The translations under genes were made by a program, and so were the position numbers. This document shows, piece by piece, positions 38,425-51,851 of a stretch of 64,000 nt of DNA. This DNA comes from Felis catus. Lineage: Eukaryota. Below the pieces are notes generated by a model. The model was given only the letters and a program-made list of their open reading frames with translations, was not told the origin of the DNA and made no database searches. The DNA lies in contig NC_058368.1 in NCBI RefSeq assembly GCF_018350175.1, forward strand, positions 14,076,001 through 14,140,000, read 5' to 3'. The first letter of the stretch is position 1. Each line of letters opens with the position of its first letter.

Positions 38425-38780
38425 AATTTTTTTAAAGTTTTTATTTAAATTCTATTGAGTTAAATATAGTGTAATATTGGTTTCAAGAGTAGAATGTAGC
38501 GATTCATCACTTACATATGACATCCCGTGCTGATCACATTAAGTGCCCTTCTTAATCCCCATCACCCATTTTAGCTCATCCCGGCTCACCTCCCCTCAGG
38601 AACCTTCAGTTTGTTCTCTATCATTAAGAGTCTCTTATGGTTTGTTCCCCTCTCTTTTTTTCCCCCTTCCCCTATGTTCATCTGTTTTGTTTCTCAAATT
38701 CCACATATGAGTGATGTCACAGGGTATTTGTCTTTCCCTGACTGACTGATTTCACTTAGCGTAATACACTGCAGCTCCAA
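38425..38780 (-). mobile_element. 5'-truncated L1_Carn 3' end
   Basis: Same family as 36590-36952. Degenerate TSD ggtggttataattttt / ggtgcttatgatcttt. Confidence 0.85.
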
Positions 38781-39276
38781 GGTGCTTATGATCTTTAATG
38801 TCTTTCAGCTTTAATATCAAGACTGTGGGTTTTCGTAGATTGTAAAATGTTTATACATATAAAAGCTCATGCAATGTAATAGAGTAATCTCATGTATTAT
38901 AAAAGAATGATGGATAAATGAACCCAGTGACTCAAAAAGATATATTAACTAGAGATTGAGAAAGTGAGGCTCAGAAAATGTTAGTAACAAGCCCAAGGTC
39001 ACACAGTAGAGTTTCAATCTTACTGTTCTTCTAAGTGTATAGTGGTAGCAATGGTGATGAAGAACAAGAACATTACTAGTAAGTGAAACTGTGACAAGGG
39101 CAGAGAAGAGAAGAGAAAAAGTGTCTTGTAATAGAGTGCTGTTGTCGATAAATACACTCAGTGATGTGTAAAGAACGTGATAAAGAATGTGGCTAGTGCA
39201 ATACTAGAAATTGCACTCCTATGTGAGTTTCTGTATTATGCTATTTTCTTTTTAACAATTCTCTTTCTTTTTTAAG

Positions 39277-39384
39277 ACTCCATTAGAAAGTGTTCCTGGT
39301 AACCTTTCTCCTATTAAGGATCCTGATAGACTTCTTCAGGATGTTGATATTAATCGCCTTCGCGCCGTCGTCTTTCGGGATGTG
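39277..39384 (+). CDS. NBEA: NBEA coding exon (108 nt, phase 0->0): [36 protein letters not shown]
   Basis: ttttaag|ACT acceptor and GTG|gtaagt donor. Conserved [18 protein letters not shown] motif. Confidence 0.96.
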
Positions 39385-40424
39385 GTAAGTTATACCTGCT
39401 TAATTTCCCAGGAAAAAATCTTCTAATGTTATTTGTGTAAAATCATTTCAATTTTATAAGAAAGCTGCAATTACAACCAGAAGTCCTAATGTCAGGAATT
39501 GTAGGTTTAGAATATACTTCTGATTGTAAAGTGATTGAGCCTTTGCTTTCTCTGAAAGCTTATGGATACATCATTTTTTTAGATGATGTGAAATTTTGAT
39601 TTAGATTGTGTATATACCAAGACCCTAGGGATAACCTTGAAAAATTATGATTAATTTTATGTTGAATCACCAGCTTTCTCTTTTAGTATTCCTTGCTCCA
39701 TCTCTAGGTACTGGCTATTTTGTTGTTCTCAATGTTCCTTGTCCTATGGATAAAAAAAGATTAATTTATTAAGGTGTTCATGGCAATTACTTTTTTGAGG
39801 GGCAGTAATTTTTAAAAGAAGATCTTCATTTTAAAAATGTAGAATTTTTTGAGTATTTGAGTTACAAAAGTAGCTTTATAAAGCTTAAGGAAAAGATAGC
39901 CCATGGAGATAGTTTCTTGGAACATCCCAATTATATGATCTCTTACTCAAGTAAAAATAAGATTGGCCTTTTCACAAATCACGTAGAAACATATATAGTA
40001 TTTCGCAGCAGACTCAGTATTGACAGTACTTCTTACTATAGTTATTATGTTCCAGCACTTTGTATTCTATTTTTATTTTAATTGATGATTTATGAGACAC
40101 ATAAAAAAGTTTATATCTTAAACTTATACTTAATAAATTGGATGAGTACTAGTTAGAACATATTTAAGTCACACAGCATAATACTACATGGTAGGAATAC
40201 ACAACAGAAAAACTGTCACTCTCTTTAATGTATATCAGTTCTTATAAATCACTAGAGAAATTATAAGCATACCAACAGAAAATTAGAGAGTGGACATAAA
40301 ATAAGAAAGATAAGGTAACAAAGGTAACAAATGATATGATGAAGTCAGTATCACCAATAGTCAAAAGAATGCAAATTAAAATAACAGTGAGATATTTTTT
40401 CTATTAGACAAATTTTAAATAATT

Positions 40425-40441
40425 TTAAATTTTTGTTATGT

Positions 40442-40478
<37 letters not shown>

Positions 40479-40616
40479 AGGGGAGGGGTGGAGAGAGAGG
40501 GAGACAGAGAATCCCAAGCTCAGAGCCCAGTGTGGGACTCGAACACATGAACTGTGAGATCATAACCTGAGCCAGAATCAAGAGTCAGACACTTAACTGA
40601 TTGAGTCACCCAGGCA
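40425..40616 (-). mobile_element. Can-SINE with internal deletion and (GA)n
   Basis: ...ctgattgagtcacccaggca end and (GA)n at about 40445-40476. Confidence 0.9.
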
Positions 40617-41829
40617 AATAAAAACATTTAAGTAATAATAATATCTATCATTGCAAGGGTACATTGAAACATGCTGTGTCATGTATCACTGGTAGACATT
40701 TAGATTGGATAAACGTTCTGAATAGTTCTCTTCCATCATCAGGAGTTAAAACTCTTACAAATATTGATGCCCTGTGACCCATTGGTTCTACCGAGAAGTT
40801 ATCTGACTTCATGTGCTCATCAAAGATGCCTACAGGAAAATTGGCAACAATACAAATATCTAACAATAGAGTTTCAGCTTAATAGGTCATAGTATTTTCA
40901 TTCATTGGGAGGCTATGCAACCATTGAAATCATATTTTTGAGGAAAATTTAATACATAGAAAAATGGCCATGATACATTTTAAGGGAAAGCAGCAGTATA
41001 CAAAAGTACTCATATTACATAAATACTGCATTTTTATGTTGAGTGTATGTACATGTACTTGTGCACCTTTAAAAAATAAAAGACTAGAAAAAACATACCA
41101 AGTGCTGCTAATGATTATCTCCAGTTCTTATTTTATACTTTATTCTTTTATACTTTTTCTGTGTTTTCAAAAGTTCTAGAATAAAACTATATTTCTTTGT
41201 AATTAATAAACAATAAAATATTTTTTAATGGAGTTAAAATGAATGATAGCATAAAAACCATGATGTACGAGTCTCCCAATAATTTGGACTCTAATCCAGA
41301 CTTGGAAAAAAATCACTAACAGGTTAGTCACTTAGACATGAGAATTATCCTGAAAAAAATATGCTATGTAAGAGTGTTTTTCTCATGGAGAATGATTAAA
41401 ATGGAGCAAATTCTCATCTCTCAGAGGCACACTCAGACCTAACATACAAGGGGTTTATGTTAAGTGCGACATGGTGTTTAAATTGTTAGTAAGTTCTGCA
41501 TTAGGTTATTGTGGTAGATTGTGATAATTTTCTCTAAAACTGCTAGATGTTAAATATGTTAGATAACCCAGCAGTGGTGCCTAGCTTTTTCTTCCTGAAG
41601 GACGGGAATTAAGCGTTTCCAGATGTACCTTCCAAACATCATCAAGGTAATATAACTTGTGTTTGTTAAGTTTATAATGTGTTTCAGACACTTAATATAA
41701 ATCCTAAACTTTGATTTAAGGGCTAAAAGAAAGTTAAGACTCAGAAGCATTAAGATCACACAGGTAGTATGAGGTAGTCAGAACCCTAAGGTAGAGCTCT
41801 CCAAAACATTCTCTGTTTCATCACCATAT

Positions 41830-42012
41830 TTTTATTTATTTGTCTATTTATTTACTTATCTATTTATTTATCTATTTATTAAGTTTTTATTTAAATTCCA
41901 GTTAGTTAACGTACAGTGTAATACTAGTTTCTGGTGGACAGTATAGTAATTCAACACTTTAATACATCACCTGGTACTCATCACAAGTGCCCTCCTTAAT
42001 CCCTGTCACTTA
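41830..42012 (-). mobile_element. Short L1_Carn 3'-terminal fragment with (TTTA)n tail
   Basis: tttttatttaaattccagttagttaacgtacagtgtaatactagtttc. Confidence 0.8.
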
Positions 42013-42402
42013 TTGGAAGTGTTTGACAATTGATATATTTTAGGCTCAATTGTAGATATAATGCCAAGAATTCTACTTGACTTTTGACATTTTTGTGAAT
42101 CAATAGTCATTTTTAGTTGCCTTAATTTCAAAAACAAATGAGGCCAAAAATTAGGTTTTTAAGGAAAAGTACATAGATTATATATATGCATGTAATATGT
42201 AATAGATGTGAATTTATCTTTCTCTTGTCTGTTTTCCATGATGAAGACATTGCTGACTTAAACTCACATAAACTGTTCAAATCTAGGTAAAAGTGCCATG
42301 TGGCAAAATTTGCTATGTGGTAAGAAAATAATTAGACTTTAAAAATCAATTTTGTTTTCAGTGTTTGCCAATAAGCTAATATTTGAAAGAAAATTCATTA
42401 CG

Positions 42403-42404
<2 letters not shown>

Positions 42405-42448
<44 letters not shown>
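42405..42448. repeat. (CT)n microsatellite
   Basis: About 22 perfect units. Confidence 0.95.
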
Positions 42449-42450
<2 letters not shown>

Positions 42451-44466
42451 CCAAGCCTAGATTATACTAGGTCACTTATATACAAATTATATAAATTGAA
42501 GTAATTTTAATCCTTTAAAGTTGAATTAGATAGTTTTAGCATCCTGGTTGAAGCATTAAAATTTTTAAAGGATTTCAGAGTTAATTATGTTACTAATTCA
42601 GGATTGAATAGTGGAGAGACCGATTTCTTAAGCAGATGGGAGAAACATAAGAGTTTATGTCTTCATAATAATAACATATGTAGGAAAGGCAATTGATTTG
42701 TATAAAAATTGAGTTACTCTCCAGATGTTTAGCCTCTATGTCTGTTGTGCTTGGTTTTTAAAGACAGAACTGGGAATAAGCAGCACAATTGGTTTGCAGA
42801 TCTGGATTTGAAAAGAAAAGGCAACTTTTCATGCCATACATATGGGAGATTTTCACTTGGCTAAGACAACACTTCACAGTATCTGTTGTTTGCAACTCCC
42901 CAACTTTGTAGTTGACATGCATTCATTCCACACATGCCTTTTAATTGCCTGGTACTGAGTTTCCAAGTGGTGGAAATGTATCCTAGAATATTATAGTTCA
43001 TCACAGCTTGAGCTGTGTTTGAATTCATTCCTGGTCAGTATCCTCACTGATCTGATTGCACTTCAGTTTCCTTTACAATACTGTTTAAGTATTTGGTTTT
43101 GCCCATTCCCTATGTGTTTATTCCATCAGGATTATAATCACAGGGTATGTATTTCACACACTTTATAAGAAATTATATCTCTAGAAAAGTTGTCACTCAC
43201 AGAATATGAAATACTAAATTCATAATATTTCAGAACAAATTTAATCTGTTTGGGTTGTTTTCTCTGTTAGCGGTGCTAATTCCATTTCATAGTATTATTA
43301 GTAAATATATCTTGTTTGCTTTCTTTTCTGACAAATGCCTATAAATTCTGAATCTTGTTGGCATTGGTGCTTAAATGGATTAATAAATATTAAGTGCCTT
43401 TAATGGAGTTGCTAGACTTTAATGCATGTTTGCTTTCCTTATTTGTATCATACTATTTCTTACCTGCTGTCTGTGGGCCACAGTAATCACTGGCAGTTTT
43501 GGTTTGTAGTGTTAGTTTTCTAGCTTAGAAAAAAGGCTTTATAACCATTTACATTTGATTCCTTAGATATAGTCTAATTTGAAAGTGGTATTAGAGGTTA
43601 TAATTTTTGCCCTATGAGATATTTACCTAGGCCTTCAAGGGTCTGTGTAGCTCTTTATATTTCACAAAGCAACTTGTAGAGTTATCTTCTCTACTAGACT
43701 GCAGTCTGCTTTTTTAAATCTATTGTCTATGTATCTTAACTTGACCCATTGTTTTCTGATCTTTTACCAATTTGTTGCAGTCCTCTTTAAAAACTCCCAT
43801 TTTGTCATTGAGTTTTTGAAGTTCAGAGCCTCAAATATTGGCAGTTTTTTAGAAGTCATTTTTTTTTCTAGTGCAAAATAGTGGGATTGTCCCTTTTTTT
43901 AAGTTTATTTATGCAAAGGTTGCATTAGCTTTTCTTAAGCTGCCATATCATACTTCTAACTCATATGGAGCTGGTATAAGTCCACATTTTCTGTTCCTCC
44001 ATTGTTTATATTTCCCCTGTTTTGTACTCATATACTCTCCTAAGGTAGGATTGTACAAGCATCTCAATTATAATTTATTCTATTCATTTTTTTAAAGTTA
44101 TAACATTTGGAACTGTTGATTTTTATCCAGATATTATTCTAACTTTATACTTTCTGTATATTTTATAAATGTACATACTCTGTTATAGAAGTAATGGATA
44201 GTAAAGTTTTGTGGCATATTCAGCAAAATTTTAAAATTCTTATTTTTTAAAATTAAATTTCAACCTATAACTCAGATGATATATTCCTGGAGTTTTGTAT
44301 TTATACTTAAATGATACTAATTACATAATAATATATGTTTAGAAGTTTTAATAAAAATTAAATGTCATATTTTGCCTCCATAGAGAAAACGAAATAGGAG
44401 TAGTTTCTTACACTCTAATAATTTTTAAAAAATTGAATGTCAGAACTGCCTTTTCCTTTCACACAG

Positions 44467-44635
44467 GATGATAGCAAGCAGGCACAGTTCTTAGCTCTAG
44501 CTGTTGTTTACTTCATTTCGGTTCTGATGGTTTCCAAGTACCGTGACATATTAGAACCCCAGCGAGAGACTACAAGAACTGGAAGCCAACCAGGTAGAAA
44601 CATCAGACAAGAAATAAATTCGCCAACAAGTACAG
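44467..44635 (+). CDS. NBEA: NBEA coding exon (169 nt, phase 0->1): [32 protein letters not shown]...EINSPTST
   Basis: cacacag|GAT acceptor and CAG|gtacta donor. Lies within ORF 44437..44652. Confidence 0.97.
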
Positions 44636-46077
44636 GTACTATTTTTTTTTAATTATTTGAATTTTTATCATCATTTTTCTCTTTTTGTTTCATTTTTACT
44701 TCCAGATATAAACTAGTCCTACTTATAAAATCCCATCACACATTTATAAGTAGGTGGTATATAAATGCCAATTTCATTTTCCTTAATTCTGCAAAAGTGT
44801 GTGGATTTCCATGATATTAACTGATTCTCATTTTGCCAGTGCAGTTTGGTTTTAGTGTTTTCCACCTATTAATACAAACCATTTACTACTTGATATGCAT
44901 ATAACTGATATATTTTTAATGTATTACTTTTTAACTATTATGAACATGAAAGTAGGAGATCCTTATGGAGTAAAGACCTTGAATAAGCCAAAATTTAAAT
45001 CTTTAGAGCCAAATTTAAAGATAGCTTCTTTCTCTCTCTCTCTCTCTCATTCTCTCTTTCTTTTGCTGTGTATAGTTACTTAAGGATATAAATTTTTATC
45101 AGAAATTCATAGTAAGCAAACATATATTCTAAACTTTATACCATATATTCTATACTTTAGCTTAGTCAACTAAAATCAAAGACTTACAGACAATAAGGAA
45201 CCATCTTGGGTCATATTGTCTTTATTATTTGGCACAGATGCTTATGGTGTGGGAGTTCTTGCATTATCAGCTTTGCCTACTCTGCTTAAAAATGATAAAC
45301 TAACATTTTAATATCATGGGGTGCCTTCTGTCAGTTGCATTTCCTGCCCTGTGTTTATATCAAGGTTGTTTCTTGGTTGTTTGCAGTGTATCCTTAGTAA
45401 CCTAGTGGTTATTTCATGTACCACTGGATTAATTTGTAGTTGAGATTGTCTTTCCTAAATAAATGCGTATGATATATAAAGAAAGTGGGTATTTTACAAA
45501 GTGAGTAGAAATTAGTGGTCAAATCTCTGCATCTTGTTTTCCATGAGCATATCATATCTCCTTTTACCTTGACATTGTGGAAATATGGATTATGTTTTAG
45601 CTATTATACTTTATTTTTGCATGCTAAATTTACTTTGAATACATAAACATGACACTATTTCATTGCAATATACTTTTAACTTTATTCTTCAAATTAAACA
45701 TTATCCTACCATTCCATTTTATGTCTTTTGACCATTTAAAACACTAAGACATTATGTTAACCAATTTTTTCTTCATTTTTAATGCATCCATGTCAGCTTT
45801 ATATGTATAAAACAAGCAATATTTTAGTCAGTCTTCCAGTTCTGATTTTTTGTGTGTGTGTGTCTTTCTGTGCGTTGCCAAGATTGCTCTACTTAACAAG
45901 TGTATGATTTCTCCTTTCTCTTAATATGTAACCTCTTTCCTTCCCCCAGAGATGCAGTCTTTATTTCTAGTACTGTTTGCATGTTGCAGTAATTCAGAGT
46001 TGTCATGGATCTCCAGTGGACCATGTTGCAGGTTGTTACATGCTGGCTCAAATTTGATTCCATGATTTTCTCTACAG

Positions 46078-46173
46078 TTGTGGTCATACCATCTATCCCT
46101 CATCCAAGTTTGAACCATGGATTCCTTGCCAAGTTAATTCCTGAGCAGAGCTTTGCCCACTCATTTTACAAAG
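46078..46173 (+). CDS. NBEA: NBEA coding exon (96 nt, symmetric phase 1->1, likely cassette): VVVIPSIPHPSLNHGFLAKLIPEQSFAHSFYK
   Basis: tctctacag|TT acceptor and AAG|gtaata donor. Lies within ORF 46005..46196. Confidence 0.93.
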
Positions 46174-46469
46174 GTAATACTGACCTCATCTCCTGACCTG
46201 TTTGGGTATTCGTGTTTCATTAATTGTTATACAATAAATATCCATAATGTAATTGTTTACAAATAAGTATACACCTCAGGTTTCATGGAGATATGATATG
46301 TTGTGTTTATATTTGGCTATTGGGAGCAAAATATAATTTGTGTGTTTGTATTTCATCACATTTCTTTAAAATATCATCTGCAAATTAAGGATACTTAACT
46401 ATATATATAATAATATTCACGGTGGTGCCATTGTCTGGAGTATGCAGAAAGTTATACCTTAGTAGTGGG

Positions 46470-46905
46470 ACTAATTAGCCCTAAAATGAAGGCTACTCTA
46501 GTCTCAAAAAAAAAGCTGAAAAACAAGACTTGAAAGCATCAAATTGATTTAGAAGTTACTTAGCTTTCTATCAGAACAAAGTTCCACTTTTCTTTGAAGA
46601 AATACAAAATAATTCTTCAACAAACAACATAAAATTCAGTGTTAAGCATTCCATAAAAAATTTTAAACATGTAAAGAAGCAGGAAAATATAATACATAAG
46701 CAAGAGAAAAAAATCATTCCATAGAAACAGATTCAGAAAGGGCAGAGATGGCAGAATAAGCAGATAAAAACATTCAAACAGGTATTATAAGTATGTTCAA
46801 GATGTTTGTCAGTCTAAAAGGAATAGTGAATGTCATGAGAAAAAATAGAAGATTTTTTTTAAAGAAGAAGTTGGAAGTTTTAAAGGTAAAAAATAAAATA
46901 GCTGA
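46470..46905 (+). mobile_element. Old L1 5'/ORF1 relic
   Basis: aagaagcaggaaaatataa...tagaaacaga...gagatggcagaataagcagataaa...tattataagtatgttcaa. Confidence 0.65.
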
Positions 46906-46959
46906 TGTGATGTCTCTGGGTAACATTAACATGGGATTACTCTCTGCAGAACCAAGAAC

Positions 46960-47530
46960 TGTGGTAAGCCAAATTCGGCTCCCTGCCCCACGCAAGATTT
47001 TCCCATGCGTAATTCCATGCATAATTCCTGGGACGGTGAATATGATGCATTTTGTTCCTGTGACCATGTTGTATTACATAGCACAATTGTTTTTAACAGA
47101 CAGTGATTATCCATGTAGCCCTGACCTAATGACATGAGCCCCATAAAGACAGAAAAGGAAGTCAGAACGACTCAGTTTAAGAGTGATTTGACTTGAGGGA
47201 AGTCCTTTATTGCTGAGATGAGGGTGACTACAGTTCAAAGACCTGAGATCACTTTGTAGGACCTTAGGAGCACTACCTGGCTGACAGTCAGCCAGTAAGT
47301 GGGGGACTTGAGCCTACAGCAACAAAGAACTGAATTCTGCCAATAACTTGAGTGAGTTTAAAGAGGACCTCGAGCTCCAGATGATACCATAGTTCAATAT
47401 ATACTATACATTGTCTAATAATATGGAAGACCAACTTGTAGAACAAATAGAGCAGTGAAGAATTTTTTGTTACATGATGAATGCACAGAATTATTTTTAT
47501 AAATGTGCAACCTTTGAACATCATGATGAA
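46960..47530. mobile_element. ERVL-MaLR LTR (MLT1E/F-like)
   Basis: tgtggta...gattatcc...ccctgacctaat...ctacagcaacaaagaactgaattctgccaataacttgagtgag. Confidence 0.75.
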
Positions 47531-50369
47531 ATAAAGGAAAAATTCTTTCTTTTCATCTTTATTGCTTACAAACATCTAGCTATGAACTAAGAAGAATTAG
47601 ATTAAGTTAGATTAGATTAAAAGTCTGGAGTTCGTTTTGTATAGAAATGTATTTACAAAGGTTTAGATGTAGTGACTGGAGGCTATTCTGGAATAGTTAT
47701 CCACATTAAGAGCCTACCTCAGAATATCAATGCACAGTTTTCTTTATCAAGGATACTTTCTTGTGAAAACAATATTAGTTGAATGGCACAGTGTTCTTAG
47801 CAGCATAATAAAATTTTGAATAATTTTAAGACTGATGGGATAAATGTGCTATTTTCTTCACTATGTGATAATATGGAAGCTGATCATAAGTAACTGTTAT
47901 TGAATGCTGTGGTACAATACATATTAAAAGGAAAAGTTCTATTGATGATGTTGGAACTACAAATTCAACTCTTGGTGTTTTTACAGGATAAGAAAACAGC
48001 CTGAGTCCACTCTTAAAAGACTAGTAGGACTGGCTGCATTGTCAGACCTGTAAAACATTTTTAAGGAGTTCAGTATTTACAAAATGGGGGATGATTGCAA
48101 TATGTTTTTTAAGCAGAGAAAAGATCAAAGGGCAAAAAGTTAGAATCTTGGAAGTATACAGTTTTATGACATTTTTAATTATTTAATAATTATGATTATC
48201 AATGAAAGTATCTTAATCTTCAAGGATGATCTTGATTTTGCTCATCCTTGAAAATCTACCTCCTAACACATTATGTATATGATAGAATATTTTGTGTTTA
48301 ATTTTCCACCAGAAAAAGATTTGTACCTAAGAGACTCATGGAACTGGGATCCATTTCTTTTATTGAAATATAATTTATTACTGATTATAACACAAGATAA
48401 GTTACTGGAATTGGGTGGGCATTGATGAGAATTGAGAGTATATTTTGAAAAAATAGCATTTCTAGTTTCATTTTGGATGAAAGTTTAAGATGAGTATCCT
48501 GAGCTCTCTGACTTTTCATTCCATGAATATACCTTTGTGACACTACTTTCTGTACTCTGTGTGATATTAAAATAAAACAAAAACAGGGTAGCTGTGTGTT
48601 ATTCCTATGAATAATTCCCATTATTGCCAGTTCAGCTTGGATTAGATAAATTAACAAGCAAAAGGTCAGTGTCACATTATCAACTTCAAATATTTATATT
48701 CCCAGTACTTATATAAAACATATTTATATAGGCATCTCTTTAGGGGAATCACTCTTTTACTTAAAACTTTTTCATTTGTTTATGATGTGTGATGGAAAAA
48801 AGTCACAAGTATTTGTATCAATCACCTATACATACACTTTCAGTGAACAACATGGACAGTTTATTATTTTCTTTTTCCCAATGTTATCTTTGTTCTGATT
48901 AAATTGAAGTTCATATTTTGTCTATGGAGTCAAATAATAAAAACATTTGAGCTTTTATTTTGTGTACTTAATTTTTAAAATTATTTTTAATTCATTTTCA
49001 AATGTCAATGATGGTTTTTAAAAAAAGGTAAATTTTCACAGATAGTTTGAGAAGTACTGATCTGGACTACTCTTCAACTCCAACACGCTTCACTTTCTTC
49101 TTTCAGCTCATTATTGAGCCTTTCAAAATATTCTGAACTAGCTCTTTCTGGCCCCCCTCTCTCTTTTTTTTCAATCTTTGATATTCCCTTAGTTCAAAGT
49201 CTTACCCCTTTTTGGAGCATTGCCATGGTTTCTTCATTGGACTTCTGTAGTCATTTGGTCTATTACTGATGACAATAAAAAAATAACACTAATGTATATA
49301 ATAAAGTAAAGAAATGTAATTTATATTTAATATACATTCCTATAATAAATATTTTCTAATATATAGGAAGTATAATAAAGCAGTTTTTCTTTCTAAAAAT
49401 TTTAAAGGCATCCTATAATTTAAGAGACAAAGTTAAAATGTTTTAACTTGTAGTGGACCACTGCTTTAGTTCTAATTTACCTGGATTCTACAATTGTCTC
49501 TAAAGTAGTTTCTTCATCTCTTACTGATCTTTATTCTATTTTTACAATTTTGCTGCAATTTGTTTTAAAATGTAAATGATACTGTTTCTTGCTTTCTTTT
49601 TCTTTTTCTTTTTCACTTAAAATTTTCTGGTGGCATTTAGGGTAAAAATACGGGCTTTGGATAGCACTATGACTGCTGATTATCTTTCCAAGTTTATCTC
49701 ATGTTATTCTTCCATTTTCTCCCTATACTACTGTAATCAAACTATCTTTTCAGTCCTTAATTATAACCATTTTCCTGACTTTTTGTATTTTTGTATCTCT
49801 GTATTTTGGTTCTGGTGTTTGGCTCTGTCTTTTCCCTATTTTTTGCATCCTTGGTGCGTGTTCATCCGTCAGGTGTCTCCCTAAACATGCCCCCCTCATT
49901 GATGCCGTACCTGACTGCTGTACCTGAATAGTTTCTCCCCGTGACCAACCTGTTCTCTACCACCACATCCTCTTTATTTCCCTTTTTGCACTTACACAAT
50001 TTATTTCTTTGTTTAGTTGTTTATTGGAATGTGTACTTCAAGAGAGTAGTCCCTGACACATAGCATGGCACTTGGAAGTAAATATAGAGTAAGTTTTTGT
50101 TTAGTAGATGAGTAAGCCAGTGAGAAAGCTAAACAGTTTTTTAAAATTTTGATATTGATGATAGCCATAAAATGTATATCATTATTAAGCATGTTAAAAA
50201 CAGAGGCAAAAAACTTTTATTGATAACTTGGCCTAGAAGATTAAGAAGCTTTCTATTACTCATTTCACTATTGGATTAATAAGAATAAATTTAATATTTA
50301 GGTGAACTTATAAATAAATATATTAGTTTTCCTCTAACAGTTCATTATTAGGGAAAGAATTAACACCAG

Positions 50370-51200
50370 AAACAAAATAGTTAAGATAATATAGTAGTGG
50401 TAAAAGAACAGGCATATGGCATGAATGATCTTAAATACGCTGGAATTTGTATGAATGTTTCTTATGGTATAAATATATTGCATATAGTATTATATATTAT
50501 AAATACAACTTTTCTAATCAAATAGAAAAAGAAATATCATTTGGCAAATGGTGTTGAGATTACCAAATTGGCAACTATTTGAAAAAAATTAATTTATATC
50601 CTTATCTCATTTATTATGCCAAATAAACTTCACATGCACTAAATTTAAAGGTAAAAATGAAACTGAAAATAATTAAAGAAAATTAAAGTTAATATTTGTG
50701 TAAAAAACGTGTCTTAAATTATAACATCAGAAACTGAAGTTCAAAGTAAAAGATATGACTAAATAAAAGTTTTGTATATCTGCATGTCGAAAATGTTGAC
50801 AAAATTTAAATCAAATACAAACAGGAGAATTTTATATGATAAAAGTTAATAACTTTAATGATTAAAAAGCTTTTATAGATGAACTAAAAGAATGTATCAC
50901 ACTAAGGGAAACATATAGAAAACATCAAACAGTTAACAAAAGAAAATTAAATTACACTACAGATAAGAACAATTTAAATCTAATATTCAAATAAAAATAT
51001 ATTAACAAAAATATTAACAAAAATTTTCAAATTTGGCATAATTTGCAAATTTGGCAAAATTCTGAAGGGTTAAAATACAAATACGTGCACTTTACACAGC
51101 ACAAAAATGTTTATAACCCTTAAGCTGGTAATTTTACTTTTAGAATTATTATGGAAACAAGTAAGGATATGCCAATAATTTATATACAAATATTTTATGA
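50370..51200 (+). mobile_element. Highly decayed L1 ORF2 3' relic
   Basis: aaatggtgttgaga...ccttatctca...ccaaataaac in an A-rich strand. Confidence 0.55.
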
Positions 51201-51624
51201 CTTAGTTTTTATTTATCGTATGTTTGGAAATAAAGTTAATATTTATTAAATAAGTTGTTAACATTCATATCAAACAACAAAGGGTTTCAGTGTTATAAAT
51301 TTGTTATTTTCTCTTGATTTTGGAGTCATTGTTAATGTATACATTGTAATCCATTATGTGGATGCATTATAATTTATTTTATAAGTAATCTAATGCACTT
51401 TCATTATAATATTCATAGAATATTTATTGTATACTGATGTTGCATAATATATCTTTCATTTATTTACAGGTAAAAATCATGCCCTGTATTCCTAGCAAAT
51501 ATTTCTTAAAAACATCAACTCTGAAATAAATGTCTGTTTTCAGCATTAGTAAAGGTACCAACAAAAGCCTCCCTCTCCTCTTTCTTTTCTTTCATCCTCT
51601 AATTTAACCTTTCTTTCAGTTTAC

Positions 51625-51851
51625 TTTTTTTTTTTTTTTACTTTTTTTTGATGTTTATATTTATTTTTGAGACAGAGACAGAGCATGAGTGGGGGAGAGG
51701 CAGAGAAAGAGGGAGACACAGAATCTGAAGCAAGCTCCAGGATCCGTGCTGTCAGCACAGAGCCCGGCGTGGTGCCCGAACCCACGAACCGTTGAGACCA
51801 TGACCTGAGCCGAAGTCGGGCGCGTAACCAACTGAGCCACCCAGGCGCCCC
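51625..51851 (-). mobile_element. Felid Can-SINE without a visible TSD
   Basis: Intact CpG-containing body ending CCCAGGCGCCCC. The flanks do not match each other. Confidence 0.95.
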
